NCBI GenBank assembly: GCA_017461055.1
Contig: JAFTZI010000005.1
Span: forward strand, 2,557-66,556
Source of the DNA: Clostridia bacterium
Lineage (GTDB): Bacteria > Bacillota > Clostridia > Oscillospirales > CAG-272
Direction: 5' to 3'
DNA length: 64,000 nt
Position numbers and translations under genes: made by a program. Each line of letters opens with the position of its first letter. Position 1 is the first letter of the stretch. Positions 47,399 through 56,112 of the stretch are shown piece after piece. Under the pieces are notes generated by a model that saw nothing but the letters and a program-made list of their open reading frames with translations, ran no database searches and was not told where the DNA came from.

Positions 47399-48508
47399 TT
47401 AATCATTGTTCGTATTTTTTTTGCTTGAATCCTTTTTAAAATATTTTTCTTTAATCAATTTATTAAGAATATTAAAAAAGGTTTTCTTGGTCTTATCATC
47501 AGTTTTTAAAACGCCCTTTAAAAAGCTCTTTTTATCAGATGCGATATCAGTTAAGGTAGCAGTATCATTTGCAGTCAATATTTTATATAATGCCTCCACA
47601 AACTCTACTCTTTCTTTGTCTGTAAGCGTTCCAACCCAGCTATTTAATGTGTCATGAAAATCAACTGATGCTTTAGACGGATTTAATGCGTCGACGAATT
47701 TCTTGCCTAAAACCTCCCACGTAAAAGCATCATGCTGATATAAGCCTTTTGCATTGCTTTTAACGTACATCATATTTTCCATTGAATCAAATATAGCACC
47801 TATAATTGCGCCTTGCGGGCAAATTTTATAGAGCTTGGGAGCTATCGGATTGCTTTTTTCTGCCTCCAAAAAGCTTTGTCTAAAGCCCGGGCCGTCAAAA
47901 TTGTAAACTGCTTCAATTTTATTTTGTTGCTTTTTGTCTACCTTTAATGATGAATATGCTGCAAGATTACCGCCTTTAGAGTGTCCGCAAACATAATAAT
48001 GCTCTTTGTTACCTCTCGAAATTACCGAGGAAAGATAATCTACTGCTTGCTTTTGCGCAGGAATTGGAGTAAAGAAAGCCATATTAAAGTCTTCCTTCCA
48101 TCCTATAATTGTATCATCAGTGCCTCTGAACGTTATTACAGTTGTACTTTTACCTATATCAAAGCACATTGCCGAAAACTGTTTTTCGGCTTTTATGTCA
48201 ATTTCGTTAACAAAGCCCCTTGCTAACACTTCAGCAAATCTATTTGATGATGCAGATAATCTGAACAATTCTAAAATTGATTCGGTAGGTATGATTGCGC
48301 CTAATTTATTACTATCATAATGTAATGAAAAATATTTTTCTGCAAGTACAGACAGAGGAATTCCCTTAGAGGCAATGGATGCAGGAACTAAATCCTCAAA
48401 CGGAACATATGAAAGCTCTGCAAAAATCAGTGCATCTATTTCATTAAATGAGCAATCACTAAAGGAAATATCTCCTCTCCATTTTACATAATCAATTATA
48501 TTAGCCAT
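47399..48508 (-). CDS. DUF2974 (Mbeg1-like) alpha/beta-hydrolase-fold protein
   Basis: GHSKGG nucleophile elbow. 369 aa. Confidence 0.7.
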   Translation of the reverse strand: MANIIDYVKWRGDISFSDCSFNEIDALIFAELSYVPFEDLVPASIASKGIPLSVLAEKYFSLHYDSNKLGAIIPTESILELFRLSASSNRFAEVLARGFVNEIDIKAEKQFSAMCFDIGKSTTVITFRGTDDTIIGWKEDFNMAFFTPIPAQKQAVDYLSSVISRGNKEHYYVCGHSKGGNLAAYSSLKVDKKQQNKIEAVYNFDGPGFRQSFLEAEKSNPIAPKLYKICPQGAIIGAIFDSMENMMYVKSNAKGLYQHDAFTWEVLGKKFVDALNPSKASVDFHDTLNSWVGTLTDKERVEFVEALYKILTANDTATLTDIASDKKSFLKGVLKTDDKTKKTFFNILNKLIKEKYFKKDSSKKNTNND

Positions 48509-48656
48509 TTTATCACCTCTTCAACTATATTATACTAACTCGAATTTTCAAAGTCAACATTTTTAAGTATTTTTTAAGTTTTGTTAATATAATTGACTTA
48601 TATGCACAAATAAACATAAAAAATCATTGTAAATAAGTATAAATTGCCCAAATCAG

Positions 48657-48685
48657 TTGACAAAAATGCTGAATTGTGTTAATAT
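48657..48685 (+). promoter_or_regulatory. Sigma-A-type promoter of the VTC/DUF4956 operon
   Basis: TTGACA (48657-48662), 17-nt spacer, TGtTAATAT (hexamer 48680-48685). The track ORF start at 48657 is this -35 box. Confidence 0.5.
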
Positions 48686-48713
48686 TATAAAAGAAATAAG
48701 AAGGGGGGATTTT

Positions 48714-49505
48714 ATGGCTTTCGGTGTTACGTTTAAACGATATGAGAAAAAGTATCTTATAAACAGTGAGCAATATGAAGCTTTAAAAATCGAAATAGAT
48801 AAGCATTTCGTCCCCGATGAATATGGTGAAACTAAAATTTGCAATCTTTATTATGATACACCAAATTATCTGACTATCAGAAGGTCGATTGAAAAGCCTG
48901 TCTTTAAGGAAAAGCTTCGCTTAAGAACCTACGGTGTTCCGAATGATACAACCACCGCTTTTTGTGAAGTAAAGCGAAAATTTAAGTCAGTTGTCTATAA
49001 AAGACGCATACATTTGCCATATGTTGATGCTTTAAAGTATTTAAATAAAAATTATGATAAATTTGATGACACTCAAATTTCAAGAGAAATTAAATATTTG
49101 CTTGATTTTTACGGTACTTTAGAGCCAAAATTTTACATTTCTTATGATAGGTGTGCTTACTTTTACAAGGAGACGAGCGACATTAGAATTACATTTGACA
49201 GAAATATCACTTGGCGTTCAAACGATTTAGATTTAAGGCTTGGCTCATACGGTGATCAGCTTTTACCGCAGAACTACACTCTTATGGAAATTAAAGTACC
49301 GAATACGGTTCCTCTGTGGCTATCACAGTTAATGTCACAGTTGGGTATTAGGGCTTCGTCCTTTTCTAAGGTTGGAAATGCTTATAAAAAAATGCTCCGT
49401 TCTGACTATGATATAAGGTTAGGACATACAGTTGTTTTGGATGAACAGCTGTTCGAGGATGCATTTGATGAAAACGAATATATTGCGCAAGGAGTAGATG
49501 AATAA
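48714..49505 (+). CDS. VTC-domain (CYTH-like, polyphosphate-polymerase-like) protein
   Basis: FKRYEKKYLI, RLRTY and MEIKV pattern. ATG 48714 follows AAGGGGGG. Confidence 0.8.
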   Translation: MAFGVTFKRYEKKYLINSEQYEALKIEIDKHFVPDEYGETKICNLYYDTPNYLTIRRSIEKPVFKEKLRLRTYGVPNDTTTAFCEVKRKFKSVVYKRRIHLPYVDALKYLNKNYDKFDDTQISREIKYLLDFYGTLEPKFYISYDRCAYFYKETSDIRITFDRNITWRSNDLDLRLGSYGDQLLPQNYTLMEIKVPNTVPLWLSQLMSQLGIRASSFSKVGNAYKKMLRSDYDIRLGHTVVLDEQLFEDAFDENEYIAQGVDE

Positions 49506-50206
49506 TGGATTTTATAATTAAAACGATTTTTGACCAAGAATACGTTAACGGTGAGTTAACAACTAAGCTAAAGCCATCTGATGTATTTATTTGTGTCGGT
49601 ATTGCAATTGTACTTGGTTTAATAATTGCAGGCTGCTATATGTTCAGGAATGAATATTCAAGAAACTTGATTATTTCAGTATCAATTATGCCTGTTATCG
49701 TGACAGTTTTAATTATGCTTGTTAGTGGCAGTATCGGCGCTGCAATTGCTGTTGGCGGTGTATTTGCACTTACAAGATTCCGTTCTGCACAGGGTACATC
49801 AAGAGAAATCACGCAAATTCTCTTGGCAATGGCTACCGGTTTAACTCTTGGATTAGGTTATGTGTATATTGCAATTATTCTTGTTGTAGTAGTTGAAGTT
49901 ATGTGCATTATATTCAACCTAACTAAATTTGGAGAAGCAAGCTCCAAAAGAAGAACCTTGAAGATTACTATTCCTGAGGAGCTCGACTATAACGAATTGT
50001 TTGACGATTTGTTTGAAAAATATACAAACAGAGCTACATTAATTAAGGTAAAGCTTAAAAATCTTGGTACACTCTTCCAGCTTACATATGATATTATGTT
50101 AAAGGACGTAAAAACTGAAAAGCAATTCATCGATGAATTAAGAGTGAGAAATGCTAACCTTGACATTCTCTGCTCAAGAGTAATTACAGGCTCTGATGAG
50201 CTTTAA
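49505..50206 (+). CDS. DUF4956 membrane protein
   Basis: Three or four TM segments plus a soluble C-terminal domain. Start overlaps the VTC gene stop. Confidence 0.7.
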   Translation: MDFIIKTIFDQEYVNGELTTKLKPSDVFICVGIAIVLGLIIAGCYMFRNEYSRNLIISVSIMPVIVTVLIMLVSGSIGAAIAVGGVFALTRFRSAQGTSREITQILLAMATGLTLGLGYVYIAIILVVVVEVMCIIFNLTKFGEASSKRRTLKITIPEELDYNELFDDLFEKYTNRATLIKVKLKNLGTLFQLTYDIMLKDVKTEKQFIDELRVRNANLDILCSRVITGSDEL

Positions 50207-50207
50207 T

Positions 50208-50248
50208 AAAAAAGCAATCAACTATGCGAAGTGGTTGATTGCTTTTTA
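50208..50248 (+). terminator. Terminator of the VTC/DUF4956 operon
   Basis: AAGCAATCAAC (50212-50222) and GTTGATTGCTT (50234-50244), followed by a T-run. Confidence 0.65.
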
Positions 50249-50265
50249 TTACTTCACTATATAAT

Positions 50266-50295
50266 AGCAAAAGCCCACCAAAGTGGGCTTTTGCT
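50266..50295 (-). terminator. Terminator downstream of the 45-aa sORF
   Basis: 13-bp stem AGCAAAAGCCCAC (50266-50278) and GTGGGCTTTTGCT (50283-50295). Confidence 0.6.
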
Positions 50296-50314
50296 ATTGG
50301 TTAAAATAGAAAAC

Positions 50315-50452
50315 TTATGCTTCTTCTTCGGGCAAACCACCGATAGTACCGTCATCGTATACGTTTCCACCAGTGTTTCCACCAGTAGAAGCGAGGATTA
50401 CATCATTTGTCTCTATCTCTACTGTATTGAATTCAGGTGCAAAATACTTCAT
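50315..50452 (-). CDS. Untracked 45-aa sORF: MKYFAPEFNTVEIETNDVILASTGGNTGGNVYDDGTIGGLPEEEA
   Basis: ATG at 50452-50450 lies 8 nt after GGAGG. TAA at 50317-50315. Terminator 20 nt downstream. Sits 45 nt after the stop of the 1698-aa gene. Below the length cut-off of the ORF track. Confidence 0.45.
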   Translation of the reverse strand: MKYFAPEFNTVEIETNDVILASTGGNTGGNVYDDGTIGGLPEEEA

Positions 50453-50497
50453 CGAAAATTACCTCCTTTTTTTATTTATATTAACAACCACCTAAGG

Positions 50498-53400
50498 TCA
50501 GTTATTAACGTATGCAAGAGCAGATTCACCGTACTGATACATAGCTCTTAAGAAATCCTTTGTAACAGCATCGCTAACATCTTGATTTGAATATAGATAT
50601 GAGTTTACAGAATAGTAGTACTCTCTACCTATCTGCTCGCCATTGTGTAAAATCACACCGGTAACTGTCTTGCCATAAGCAGAAACGTTCATATTTGTAA
50701 ATTCAATCACGTATCTGTCTGTATAGCCAGCCGCTAATTTCAATTCGCTCGCCTTGAACTCTTCACGTCTATAGCCTGCTTCGCCCTCTGTTCCTAGGGA
50801 CAATACGATTACAACGTTATCAAGTTCAGACTCTGCTACCTGTACTGTATACCTAATAGTTGTTGCGTTACCAACCAACAATGTCATTGTCTTCCAGTCT
50901 GCAACTGTGCTCTTTTCGCCAATATAGCCCTTTACATTCTCTGATGCATCAACACCGTCAAATGTAGAAGCTGTAAGGTTTGTTACATCAGCTGTCATTA
51001 AGCTGTCTGTCTTATAGTTTGCATAAACCTGAGCCTTATCGCCTAATACGAGAAGGTCTGAAATCATTGTCTTGAACTCAGCATCAGTAGACTTACCGAG
51101 CTGGTTAACTATGTATTGCTTAACACTATATGTTGGATATGAAGACACTGCTTCTAAGCCACTTGCTGTCTTTGCATAGATCGTTGCTTCAATATTATCA
51201 GCCATAAACTGCAATCTTACACCTTCAAATGTGAAGCAATATCTACCTTTTTCGTCTGTTTCATAATCAGTTACAGTATACTCAAGATCTCCATCTGCTG
51301 TATTAAGCTTAAATACAACATATACATCTGTATAGTCACTTCCAATAACATTCTTGTACACTACGTTAATATTTTCACCAAGTGTCAATGTAAGTGCGCC
51401 TACCTTTAATGTATCATATACAACTTCTTCTGGAGCAACTATCACTTCGCCACATTCTGAGCATTCAACTCCTGAGGTCCAACCCGAGTTCGCCTTTGTT
51501 GCAGGTACTGCTGGGATTTCTACTTCGGTGTGAACATGTGGATTAGCATCTTCAAGAGTAAGAACTACCACTTCATAATCTACAGAGAAGCTGCTTGTGC
51601 CAACAACAAATGTTACTGTTTCGCCTTCAGCTACTGTGAAGCTGTATGGAAGTTCGATCATTTCTGATGAATACTCATCAAGAAGAATTGATACATTTGC
51701 ACCGTTTGGAGCAGAAAGAATATAATCACCAGGTGTAGAGATTGTTACCTTTGTGCCCTGTGATGTAGCATCAATATTGTTATCGCCAAGAGAAAGAACC
51801 GGTCTTTCTGTTGCTACAAATGATACATTGAAGGACTCTACGCCCGCTGATACTGCAAAGTAGCAAACATTATTAACGAGATTGTCAGGTTCTACAATAA
51901 ATGTATACTCTGTTGCGCTTGTTTGGAACATCATTCCACGCATAAATACCATTAAGCTTTCTGAGTAAATTACTGAACCATTGGTTTCAAATGTAATTAC
52001 AAGCTTACCGTAGCCGGAAGCTGTGTACTGGTAAATAACACCGCTTGCATTTGAATCATAAAGCACATATGTATTTGCACCATCTACTGCAGTAACAGGT
52101 TCGTTTACTGTTCCCTTTGTGATTGTTTCTTGTGTAGCTCCACAAAGTTCACATGTCTGTACATAACCTGTGTCAGCTTCATTTCTTACACTTTCATCGC
52201 CCCATGCGTGTCCGTACTCTGTGTCAATCTCATAGTTAACTGTGAAGCTTTCTCCGCATACTGAGCATTTGTCAGACGCATAGCCTGCTTCTTTACATGT
52301 TGATGATACGTATACATAATCATCGCCATATGTGAATGAGTGAGCGCCGGCTGCATCAACTTCATCAGTTGTGTAGCTGTCGCCACATGAGCATTCATGT
52401 AATGTATAACCGTTTGTTGTACAAGTAACATCTACAACTGTATCAACATAGCTATGTTCATGCTTTGTAATAGTAAGAGTTACTGTTTCAGCATATGGAT
52501 AAATAAGGATGTAAACTACCTGGTCCTCTGCAAATGTGAACAATGTGTCAGCATAAGCAGTTGTTGAACCATATGCATCTAATACGTATACATCTGCTGC
52601 GTCTGCTGTGAAGTAGTACATGCCCGCAGTAGCATTAAACTGTACCTTTGTCTGAGCAGCACCGGTCTCAACTGTATTTGCACCAACAACTACTGTTGCA
52701 GGTGTGATTGTTTCGTATGTAATTGTAATAGATGGAGCCTCTGTTGCTGTTGCATCAAATGATGGAATCAAAATATATGATGTGTTGAATCCATCAGCAT
52801 TTACAATTATAGGATCGGAAACGAGCTGAGCAGGCATACGTGGATTTGTCATCATATAGCATGCTGAGCCCTCGCTTGATGTTAATGTGAGCTTACCATA
52901 TTCAGGTGTATCAACAGTTATAACATTCTGGTATGCCATGGAATTGAAGCCTGCTGTTGCTGTTGTTCCATCTACTGTTACAGTTGCAACCAAGCCACAA
53001 TCGTATGAACAAGCAATGGAAATTACATTGTTCTCTGTTGTTGCATTTGCTAAATCATAGATATGCTCGCCAAGTGCTTCGCCTTCTGTTGCTGAGCATA
53101 CGGAGCATGTCTTAGCAGTTGTACATGTTGCATCTACCCATGTATGTCCAAGCGCTTCGCCTTCTGTTTCTGAGCATACAGAGCATGTCTTAGCAGTTGT
53201 ACATGTTGCGTCAGTCCATGTATGACCAAGTGCTTCGCCCTCTGTGTAGTCGCATCTTGAGCAGCTCAAAGGAGTTGTACAAGTTGCTGCAACGGACATA
53301 TCGTGACCGAGAGGATCACCTGAGGTAGCAGAGCATGTAGAGCAAGTCTTTGCTACTGTACATGTAGCATTTACCCAAGAGTGACCTGTTTCTCTTACGA

Positions 53401-55594
53401 TATCGCCTTTTTTAGTTGCACCACAATCACTACATGTGTAGATTGTATAACCAAAGTCATCACAAGTAGGAGCTACTACTTCGCCCGCAACCCATGTGTG
53501 ACCGTCAGCAACCTCTTGCATAGTGGAACCAGTAACCTTTGCCTCATAAACAACACCGTTATATGAACAAAGACCAGGACCTCCACCATTAGAGCCACCA
53601 TTTGAACCACCAACATAAATCATAATTTCAGATGTATATACGGGTTCGCTAAGCTCTAATGTATATTCATACTTAGTTCCCTTGTAAGTAGCAGGTGTTG
53701 GTGTCTTTCCTCCCACTTTCCACTCATCACTACCAGGGTCCTTATAGTAGAATATCAACCAAGCAGAGTTACTACGAGAATCGCTGTATTCTTCAAGACC
53801 AACCCATACAGTTACACTAGAAATGTAGTAATTCATATCAAGCTTTGTGGCAGATTGAGCAAACCAGCCACCGCCAACCATTAAACGCGTATTTAGGTCA
53901 TTATCAAATAATGCATGTGCTATAGGATTCCAACCACCTATACCATCATTAGCAACGTCAGCAATGTTAATATACTCTGTAACATCATCAACGTTTACAT
54001 TTCTTTCGACAGTTTGACCACATCTTATACACTCAAACTCTATTACTGGGGCAGTAATGCAAGTAGCAGGAGTTTTAATTCTGTACTCAGAGAAATCGTG
54101 GTCAAGCGCAGGAATAGACACAGCACCTTCAGGAACACCACATACTGTACAAACATTCTGCTTTGAACCATCTGTTGTACATGTAGGTTCAACTAATACT
54201 TTTTCTTCGAAAACATGATTTTCACATGCAGTTGGTATTCTTTCACGACCAGTGAAGTACACCTCAAGAACAGCAGGTGTCCAGCTCCAGCTTCCACCTG
54301 CATCAGTTATGATAATGTACTTTACAGCCTTATCATCGTCACCATAAGCAAGTCCACTTACGGCTGAACTAAAATCGGTATAAGTAAGTGTTTCAGGCTT
54401 AGAATAGTTAGCTTGGTCTAAGAAATAAATATTGTCACCTGAAAGCCATCCAGAATTTTTCTCACCAAGTAGTGTACCATCAGCGGCATAGAATGAAAAC
54501 TTAATTGCACACCAGTTGGTTGCTAATATTGCTTTAGCTTCTGTAATTTCCCATTCATTCTTAAGAGTAATTTTAATAGCACTGTCTGTAGGACCACCCC
54601 ACAAGTTGCCAACTACTCCGGCAATGCCATCCAAAACATATTCAGGAGCACCGTTGCCAGTAGAACCAGCTATGAGCTCAACTTCACCTATGATGTCATC
54701 ATATGTGATTGTATCGCCTTCATCGCCTCTTACGAAGCTTGTTAATGCGCTATCAACCCATACGTCACCCTCGGTAGCTCCACAGGTCTTACATGTCTTT
54801 GGAGCTGTGTAGGAAGCGTTCTTCCAAATATGTTTGCTTTCATCAACTTCGCCTTCTGTTGTACCACATACTGTGCAGGTCTTTGGAGCTGCGCAGGTTG
54901 CCTCAACCCATGTATGTTCTGTAGAAACTTCGCCCGTTGTTTCGCCACAGTATGCGCATGTAGCTTTTGTTGTACATGTAGCAGCTGAATAGTTATGGTC
55001 AGCTTCATTTACACAATTGTAGTCGTAGATTTCTACTTCCCAAACACCCATTTCATTGGAGCCACCGTGAACAGTAGCAATCTCTACCTTTGTGATATCG
55101 GAATAAATTACACCACCAAGGTCAAATGTGTAAGTTGTGTAAAGTGTATTGCCTTCATCATCAGTTGCAGCAGCAAATTTGCTTGCAGCAACATTTTCAA
55201 GTGCGTAAATTGCAGTTGATGATGCTGAATTGTAAAGTCTAAGATAAATGTTTGGAAGTGCAGACAATTCAGTATATTCCTTAATAGATTTTGCAACGCC
55301 TTCGCTATCGTAATAAACATTACCTGTACTGTTTACTACAACAACTACCTTAGAAACATTAATGCCATCTGCATAAAGAAAATGGAAGTTAACCCAGCTT
55401 GCAGCAGAGCCACAAGAAGCGGCTGTATTGACATCACCGTCTCTTATCATTTCAAGAGAGGCATCACCGCATCCACCATCTTCAGCAAGAGTAGCATCCT
55501 TTACTACGTTTTCGCTTGTTGCCGCAAAGGCGCTGATTGCGAACATTGCCATTACGAGAAGCACAAAGCATAGCAATAAAGAAATTCTCTTCAT
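50498..55594 (-). CDS. Giant secreted modular protein: discoidin/F5-8-type-C-like modules alternating with Cys-rich H-Xn-C-Xn-C-X2-C repeats
   Basis: 1698 aa. Signal peptide MKRISLLLCFVLLVMAMFAISAFA. Three modules ending in EVEIY, LEVYF or YEAKV-like strands. At least 14 H/C repeat units. I see no LPXTG, SLH or C-terminal TM anchor. Confidence 0.85.
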   Translation of the reverse strand: MKRISLLLCFVLLVMAMFAISAFAATSENVVKDATLAEDGGCGDASLEMIRDGDVNTAASCGSAASWVNFHFLYADGINVSKVVVVVNSTGNVYYDSEGVAKSIKEYTELSALPNIYLRLYNSASSTAIYALENVAASKFAAATDDEGNTLYTTYTFDLGGVIYSDITKVEIATVHGGSNEMGVWEVEIYDYNCVNEADHNYSAATCTTKATCAYCGETTGEVSTEHTWVEATCAAPKTCTVCGTTEGEVDESKHIWKNASYTAPKTCKTCGATEGDVWVDSALTSFVRGDEGDTITYDDIIGEVELIAGSTGNGAPEYVLDGIAGVVGNLWGGPTDSAIKITLKNEWEITEAKAILATNWCAIKFSFYAADGTLLGEKNSGWLSGDNIYFLDQANYSKPETLTYTDFSSAVSGLAYGDDDKAVKYIIITDAGGSWSWTPAVLEVYFTGRERIPTACENHVFEEKVLVEPTCTTDGSKQNVCTVCGVPEGAVSIPALDHDFSEYRIKTPATCITAPVIEFECIRCGQTVERNVNVDDVTEYINIADVANDGIGGWNPIAHALFDNDLNTRLMVGGGWFAQSATKLDMNYYISSVTVWVGLEEYSDSRSNSAWLIFYYKDPGSDEWKVGGKTPTPATYKGTKYEYTLELSEPVYTSEIMIYVGGSNGGSNGGGPGLCSYNGVVYEAKVTGSTMQEVADGHTWVAGEVVAPTCDDFGYTIYTCSDCGATKKGDIVRETGHSWVNATCTVAKTCSTCSATSGDPLGHDMSVAATCTTPLSCSRCDYTEGEALGHTWTDATCTTAKTCSVCSETEGEALGHTWVDATCTTAKTCSVCSATEGEALGEHIYDLANATTENNVISIACSYDCGLVATVTVDGTTATAGFNSMAYQNVITVDTPEYGKLTLTSSEGSACYMMTNPRMPAQLVSDPIIVNADGFNTSYILIPSFDATATEAPSITITYETITPATVVVGANTVETGAAQTKVQFNATAGMYYFTADAADVYVLDAYGSTTAYADTLFTFAEDQVVYILIYPYAETVTLTITKHEHSYVDTVVDVTCTTNGYTLHECSCGDSYTTDEVDAAGAHSFTYGDDYVYVSSTCKEAGYASDKCSVCGESFTVNYEIDTEYGHAWGDESVRNEADTGYVQTCELCGATQETITKGTVNEPVTAVDGANTYVLYDSNASGVIYQYTASGYGKLVITFETNGSVIYSESLMVFMRGMMFQTSATEYTFIVEPDNLVNNVCYFAVSAGVESFNVSFVATERPVLSLGDNNIDATSQGTKVTISTPGDYILSAPNGANVSILLDEYSSEMIELPYSFTVAEGETVTFVVGTSSFSVDYEVVVLTLEDANPHVHTEVEIPAVPATKANSGWTSGVECSECGEVIVAPEEVVYDTLKVGALTLTLGENINVVYKNVIGSDYTDVYVVFKLNTADGDLEYTVTDYETDEKGRYCFTFEGVRLQFMADNIEATIYAKTASGLEAVSSYPTYSVKQYIVNQLGKSTDAEFKTMISDLLVLGDKAQVYANYKTDSLMTADVTNLTASTFDGVDASENVKGYIGEKSTVADWKTMTLLVGNATTIRYTVQVAESELDNVVIVLSLGTEGEAGYRREEFKASELKLAAGYTDRYVIEFTNMNVSAYGKTVTGVILHNGEQIGREYYYSVNSYLYSNQDVSDAVTKDFLRAMYQYGESALAYVNN
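53070..53385. repeat. In-frame 78-bp (26-aa) tandem repeat inside the giant gene
   Basis: The CCAAG anchor recurs at 53070, 53148 and 53226, with CCGAG at 53307. Units 1 and 2 differ at about 8 of 78 nt. They encode GHTW(T/V)DATCTTAKTCSVCS(E/A)TEGEAL. Confidence 0.85.
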
Positions 55595-55699
55595 AATTTT
55601 TTCTCCTTTTCAAATTTTTTCGCTTAAATAATTACGTGCTGTGCCTAATATTACCAAGCTTGGGCGTCAGCTTTATAATTTAAAACACTATGCTCCTTA

Positions 55700-55728
55700 A
55701 GTTTATCACAAGGTTTAAATTTTGTCAA
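55700..55728 (-). promoter_or_regulatory. Sigma-A-type promoter of the giant gene
   Basis: Minus strand: TTGACA (55728-55723), 17-nt spacer, TGaTAAACT (hexamer 55705-55700). Leaves a 5' UTR of about 100 nt. Confidence 0.5.
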
Positions 55729-55743
55729 CTTGAACAAAAATCG

Positions 55744-55757
55744 TTTTTTTTTTTTTT
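55744..55757. repeat. T14 homopolymer (A14 on the coding strand) 15 nt upstream of the -35 box
   Basis: Counted directly: T at every position 55744-55757. Confidence 0.9.
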
Positions 55758-55800
55758 GATTTTTGTTTATATTGCACAAATTTTAGGCAATTAAATATAC

Positions 55801-55834
55801 AAAAACGCTCTGTAAACCGAGAGTTTACAGAGCG
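55801..55834 (-). terminator. Terminator of the glycoside-hydrolase-like gene
   Basis: CGCTCTGTAAAC (55806-55817) and GTTTACAGAGCG (55823-55834). A5 at 55801-55805 gives a U-tail on the minus strand. Confidence 0.65.
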
Positions 55835-55926
55835 TTAACGATTATTTTTTTGGTAAAAATGTCAAATAGCACCAAATATGAACAATTTGTAAATTTTGAA
55901 GTTATGATGATTATTTTGTGAAAATT

Positions 55927-55955
55927 TTGAAGAATATTGTGAATTAATGTATGAT
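55927..55955 (+). promoter_or_regulatory. Orphan sigma-A-like promoter facing the GC-rich element
   Basis: TTGAAG (55927-55932), 17-nt spacer, TATGAT (55950-55955). No annotated plus-strand gene lies downstream. Confidence 0.35.
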
Positions 55956-55964
55956 TAATGACTT

Positions 55965-56112
55965 TAAGAGATGGTGATAGTGTCTACACCTCATCCGTCA
56001 ACTGCGTTGCCACCTTCCTTGACGAGAACCCCAAGGCTACTAAAGAGCGCCTTGAGGGTCCCTGATTCCAAGCAAAGGGGAAGGCTGTTTTACTCTCTAC
56101 GTAAGGGGAGAG
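55965..56112. other. GC-rich, hairpin-rich non-coding element; candidate small RNA or gene relic, strand unresolved
   Basis: Clearly more GC-rich than the surrounding spacer. Stems CGTCAA/TTGACG (55996-56001 / 56019-56024), CCCCAAGGC/GCCTTGaGGG (56029-56037 / 56049-56058) and CTCTC/GAGAG (56094-56098 / 56108-56112). Confidence 0.3.

Noticed and set aside
50231-50551. 106-aa plus-strand ORF
   Set aside because: It runs through two terminator hairpins, the 45-aa sORF on the other strand and the 3' end of the giant gene. It has no RBS.
53070-53385. Regularly spaced repeats, checked as a possible CRISPR array
   Set aside because: The units are contiguous with no spacers and are in-frame coding repeats of the giant protein. 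There are no cas genes in the window.
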